Of a stretch of 48,593 nucleotides of DNA, positions 44,859 to 48,593 are shown piece by piece. The notes below the pieces were generated by a model, which did no database searches, was not told where the DNA came from, and worked only from the letters and a program-made list of their open reading frames with translations. The position numbers were made by a program, and so were the translations under genes. This DNA comes from a virus (lineage: Duplodnaviria; Caudoviricetes), in IMG/VR virus record IMGVR_UViG_3300033513_000012, positions 1-48,593 of that record, one strand, 5' to 3'. Within the stretch, counting starts at the first letter, position 1; each line of letters starts with the position of its first letter.

Positions 44859-45503
44859 CTAATGAATCTGCCCGCCGGGATAGACGACGAATTCGCCCCC
44901 GGAGACGTATCCCAAGAACATTCTGAAGTACGCCGGCACGACGTCAAGCTCGAGCTCGTACACGAGCGCCGCGATCTGCGCGGCTGTGAGCCCCGCAGTC
45001 CCGACGTCCACATAGACGTTCCCCGGGAGCTCGGGCTCGGTCCCCGTCCCGACGAGGAGGAGCCCGCCGATCGTTCCATCGCCGCCGACCGTGGCCATCC
45101 AGTCCGTCGGGTCGTCCGCCGCCCCGACGACCAGCCACCCGTACGACGACGTCCACACCGTGTAGATCGATGCCGACGCTCCGGACACAAGGTCGATCCT
45201 GGGCTTGACGTCGAGCGCCCACAGACCCCGGTTCGTCTGACGCGCGATCGCGGTGGCTATCTTCTCCCTCTTCACCGAGTCCGAATCGGTCGCCAGGAGC
45301 TCGGCCCCAAACATGTAGCCCATCTCGTCGAGACACGAGGACGGCGCGCGGCCGGGGTCCCGGAGGTATTCGAGGCCCATGGTCTCTTCGAGGGCGGACT
45401 CGAGGGCGGCGTCGACGTTGTCCGCAAGCGGCGCGGGGTCGCCCTGGTCCTTGAGCCACCGAGGAATCTGGTCTACAAACGGCAGCGGGAGCAGGCTTCT
45501 CAT
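44859..45503 (-). CDS. Baseplate wedge protein (P2 gpI-like)
   Basis: DP.RAP...LD.MG motif; follows the J-like gene. Confidence 0.75.
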   Translation of the reverse strand: MRSLLPLPFVDQIPRWLKDQGDPAPLADNVDAALESALEETMGLEYLRDPGRAPSSCLDEMGYMFGAELLATDSDSVKREKIATAIARQTNRGLWALDVKPRIDLVSGASASIYTVWTSSYGWLVVGAADDPTDWMATVGGDGTIGGLLLVGTGTEPELPGNVYVDVGTAGLTAAQIAALVYELELDVVPAYFRMFLGYVSGGEFVVYPGGQIH

Positions 45504-47257
45504 GGGATCTCCGAGAGGGTCAAAACCCCGTAGGTGGTGATCTCGTCATCCGCGCACGCGATCGGAAATGACGGCAGCGTGACGGTCATATAGTCGATCC
45601 CGTTCGTATAGCTCTGGATGAAGGTCGTCACGTCGGACGACTGTATCGTGTCCCCGAAGTCCCTCGGCCCGAAGATCGGGAGGGCCTCGACGAACTTGGC
45701 GACCTGCACGTAGTCGGGGACGTTGAACGTTTCCCCGAAGATCGCGTTGATTCTGGACACCGCGTAGGCGATCCCGTTGGCGAGGTATCCCGTGCTTATC
45801 TCCTTGCCTGCCTCGGAGAGGATGAGTTTCCACGCGAGGCGGAAGTACGGCTGCACCGTGGTCCACGAGTAGCCGGGAAGCATCTTCGCCGCGCTGGTGA
45901 CCGCCACCGAGGTGATCGTCGCGTCCGTGAATCTCACGTCCATCGAATCCAGGATGCTCCGGGCGATCAGGTACGCCTGGATCGAAGCCTTAAGCGGCGC
46001 CGCCGGATTACCGCCTCCGGTCGCCACGCCCACGACCTGGCAGGACAGGGCCCCGTAGACGTTCGGGATCACCCGCGTCTGCGTTATTCCCCCGTACGCC
46101 AGGACGAGCGACTCGCCGTCCTCGATTGTGATGAACCGGTCGCGCGCCTTGAGCGTCCCGGGGGCTATTTCCTTCGCCGTCTGTATGTCGGACGGGTCCG
46201 CGCCTCCGGAGAACGCCGTGGAGTTGGAAACGCCCGAAACGTTCGCGTCCGTCCCCGCGTAGACGTTTATCGATCCTAGGACGGAGGCGTTGGAGTCCAC
46301 CCCGCCGCCCGTAGCGTAGGTCACCATGACGTCGAACGCCCCCGGGATCTCCCCGTAGGTCCCGTTCCCGAACCTTATGAGCGAGGACTGATCCGTGTTG
46401 TAGACGAGCTGGTAAACCTTGTCGGTCGCCCCGGACTGCGCCATGTTGTCCACCCGCGTAAACGGGACGGAGTTGACCTTGACGACGAGCGTGTCGCGGA
46501 GGACGTTCAGGTCCGGCAGCGCGTACTCCTGCCACGGGGTGATCCCGTCGCTTGAGCCGGCGGAGAATTCCGCCTTCGAAAGCTGCTGGTAGGCGGTCAC
46601 CGCCCCCGAGTACAGGTGGATGGTCATCACGCCGGACCCGCCTGTGATCGTCAGCGCGGTGCCCGAGTAGGCGTTGGCGGCCGTCGAGGCGAACTTCACG
46701 TGCGTCGCGTCGACCGCGATCACGTAATAGTCCGTGGCGAGCGCCAGCCCCGTCGGCAGGGACCCTGCGGTGGTCACCCGCACCTTCTCGCCAGTCGTGA
46801 AGGCGCGCGTCACGACGACGGCGTTCCCCGACGGCGGGTTGGCCGTGAGGTCCGACGTGTCGGTGACCGCGGTGAACGTGGCCGGGCCCCGCGCCTCAAA
46901 GCGCTTGGCCGCGGCGGCTATCGACCCCCGAGTGGTCGCCGCGAAGTCCTTGGCCAGCACGGTAAACGGGTACGTCACCGAAGCCGGGAAGTAGAACAGG
47001 AGCGTCCCCGAGGAGGTACTCTGCGGGGCGAGGTCGTACCCGATGAGGTTGCAGAGGTCCTTCACCGCCTGGCGGGTGAACGCCGTCCGGAGGTACGCGT
47101 TGTTGGCCGCCCCGTTGTTGATCATGGACATGACGTCCAGGACGCCCGCCATGACCCTCTTCCACCAGTCCGGCTTGTCGGCGAGCTCGGGGTCGGCGTT
47201 GATGTCGGCCAGGGCCGTGTTGAACGTCCTTGACGTGTACTTTATCGGGTTGGTCAC
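45500..47257 (-). CDS. Baseplate J / T4 gp6-like wedge protein
   Basis: GTGA start; YTSRTF, YLRTA, IRFGNGTYGEIP, GGADP and RFITIED motifs. Confidence 0.88.
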   Translation of the reverse strand: MTNPIKYTSRTFNTALADINADPELADKPDWWKRVMAGVLDVMSMINNGAANNAYLRTAFTRQAVKDLCNLIGYDLAPQSTSSGTLLFYFPASVTYPFTVLAKDFAATTRGSIAAAAKRFEARGPATFTAVTDTSDLTANPPSGNAVVVTRAFTTGEKVRVTTAGSLPTGLALATDYYVIAVDATHVKFASTAANAYSGTALTITGGSGVMTIHLYSGAVTAYQQLSKAEFSAGSSDGITPWQEYALPDLNVLRDTLVVKVNSVPFTRVDNMAQSGATDKVYQLVYNTDQSSLIRFGNGTYGEIPGAFDVMVTYATGGGVDSNASVLGSINVYAGTDANVSGVSNSTAFSGGADPSDIQTAKEIAPGTLKARDRFITIEDGESLVLAYGGITQTRVIPNVYGALSCQVVGVATGGGNPAAPLKASIQAYLIARSILDSMDVRFTDATITSVAVTSAAKMLPGYSWTTVQPYFRLAWKLILSEAGKEISTGYLANGIAYAVSRINAIFGETFNVPDYVQVAKFVEALPIFGPRDFGDTIQSSDVTTFIQSYTNGIDYMTVTLPSFPIACADDEITTYGVLTLSEIP

Positions 47258-47640
47258 CTGGCGCCTCCCATCGGTATGTTTATCACGGTCGGGGTCTGGT
47301 AGTCCGCGTACGGCACGCAGAAGACCTGAACCTCGAGGCCGTCGTCCCCGACGGGCGTGATCCTTATCGCGTCCTGGGAAGTCACCGCGCGCCGGTCGCG
47401 CGTCCCGTTCGTGCCGTTCGAGACCTCGAGGTTGCGGCGCGCCACCCAGGACGCTATGTCGTACCGCATGCCGATCTCGAGGCTCAATCCCCGCGGGAAG
47501 TTCTCGTATTCGGGCACGCCAGCGCCGAAGCTCCGGTCGTAGAAAATGGATCGCTTGTCCTGGATCAAGCCCTGGTTGAGGTCCGAGAGCACCTCGTCCC
47601 GGAGCGGGACCTGGCCGTAGTGGAAAAAGTAGTCCATCAC
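47254..47640 (-). CDS. Baseplate wedge initiator (gp25 / gpW-like)
   Basis: FYDRSFGAGV motif; between spike and J-like genes. Confidence 0.7.
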   Translation of the reverse strand: MMDYFFHYGQVPLRDEVLSDLNQGLIQDKRSIFYDRSFGAGVPEYENFPRGLSLEIGMRYDIASWVARRNLEVSNGTNGTRDRRAVTSQDAIRITPVGDDGLEVQVFCVPYADYQTPTVINIPMGGAR

Positions 47641-48248
47641 CGCTCCTTGAGTATGAGCGCAAGCTGCGCCCGGTCCGCGGCGATGTTCGCGCCGTCCGCC
47701 GTCAGGTTCGCTATCGTGCCGGGGTCGAGCACGTACGGGGGCGAGGCGCCTATCGTGGTGAGCGCCGAGAGGTGCGTCACGAGCGTCGAGAGGTGCTCAA
47801 GGAGGCCGTCCAGCGTCCCGGCCAGGCTCGCGGCCGCGTTGCTGGCGTCGAACGTGCCGTCCGTGGAATTTGCGGAAAGCGCGAAGCCGGACGCTTCGTC
47901 AGCCGCCACGACCTCCGTGGTCCAATCCGCATAGGCTGAGGGCTTGCCCTCCTTCACGTGCCCGAGCTTGGGGCCGTACACGGGCCGCGCGGGGTCCCCG
48001 CCCAAGAACCACACCTTCACCCACGATCCCACCTGCGGGACGACGAGCCCTCCCGACACGTATTCCGGATCGCACCACGGGCCCTCGTCCGGGGTCATCC
48101 AGCCGAGCGCCGGAACCGTGACGTGTACGCGACCGCGCGACAGGGAATCCGCGACCTCGCAGACCTGCCCGTCGTAGGCTCGCATGTAGCGCGTCTCCTG
48201 CCCGATGAGGTCCTTGATTATCCCGTAGATGCTGTATCGCCTGTCCAT
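47637..48248 (-). CDS. Baseplate central spike (gpV-like)
   Basis: GRVHVTVP, VPQVGSWVKVWFLGGDPARPVY OB-fold motif. Confidence 0.88.
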   Translation of the reverse strand: MDRRYSIYGIIKDLIGQETRYMRAYDGQVCEVADSLSRGRVHVTVPALGWMTPDEGPWCDPEYVSGGLVVPQVGSWVKVWFLGGDPARPVYGPKLGHVKEGKPSAYADWTTEVVAADEASGFALSANSTDGTFDASNAAASLAGTLDGLLEHLSTLVTHLSALTTIGASPPYVLDPGTIANLTADGANIAADRAQLALILKER

Positions 48249-48251
48249 GGT

Positions 48252-48593
48252 TCAGCTCGTGCTCGGATAGAGAAGTTCGCCCGTGGGCGAGAACGAATAC
48301 GCGTCGGCGACCTCAAGGTCGGTGAAGTACCCAGACGCGTCGATCTTGTGCTCGGCCTTCCGGACCCACCACGTGCGGTCCGCGGCGCCGACCCGGTCCG
48401 GGAATCCCGCGCCGAACGTCGCCACCAGTCCTGCGGTGAGCGTCGGGTCCCCCATCATGCTAGCGTTCACCACGATCCCGGAGCCTTGAGGGGCCGTCGA
48501 GACCGAGTCCTCGACAAAGAACCGCTTAACTTGGGCGAAGTCCTTGGCGCTCAGGTAGTCCATCAGCATCGAGGTCCTCGTCGTGACGTCGTG
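48252..48593 (-). CDS. Baseplate hub, C-terminal part
   Basis: GDPTLTAG...WWVRKAEHKIDASGYFTDLEV; in frame with 1..1003. Confidence 0.8.
   Translation of the reverse strand, partial: HDVTTRTSMLMDYLSAKDFAQVKRFFVEDSVSTAPQGSGIVVNASMMGDPTLTAGLVATFGAGFPDRVGAADRTWWVRKAEHKIDASGYFTDLEVADAYSFSPTGELLYPSTS
48467..48593. repeat. Terminal direct repeat, copy 2
   Basis: Identical to 1-127. Confidence 0.95.

Noticed and set aside
48467-48593. Biological terminal repeat
   Set aside because: Exactly 127 bp and inside a gene, which fits an assembler k-mer overlap

Overview
The window is most likely one complete, circularly permuted tailed-phage genome of about 48,466 bp: positions 1-127 repeat at 48467-48593, and a baseplate-hub gene runs across the join. 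It is a myovirus (sheath, tube, baseplate, short tape measure). Nearly all genes lie on the minus strand. From a divergent promoter pair near 37.5-37.6 kb the order is recombination/replication, DNA methylase plus terminases, portal, accessory genes, head, neck, tail, baseplate, fibres and lysis. A three-gene plus-strand early operon (37.7-38.85 kb) is punctuated by two hammerhead ribozyme folds. I recognised no integrase, CI-type repressor or DNA polymerase. The most notable non-coding signals are: (1) two hammerheads bracketing one ORF, with a repeated 5' leader; (2) a 125-nt alanine-identity tRNA mimic whose anticodon loop is replaced by a long hairpin; (3) a kissing-loop terminator leader before the replication initiator; (4) a perfect chromosomal-type parS palindrome near the iterons; (5) a G-rich hexamer repeat encoding a pure (Y/D-G)27 peptide. 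Also present are a Tad2/DUF2829 anti-defence protein, a -1 frameshift in the tail chaperone, an in-frame TGA at a Trp position of a LamG fibre gene, and two overlapping membrane ORFs sharing one RBS. Protein family calls come from motif recognition and synteny, not database searches, and RNA folds were worked out by eye.
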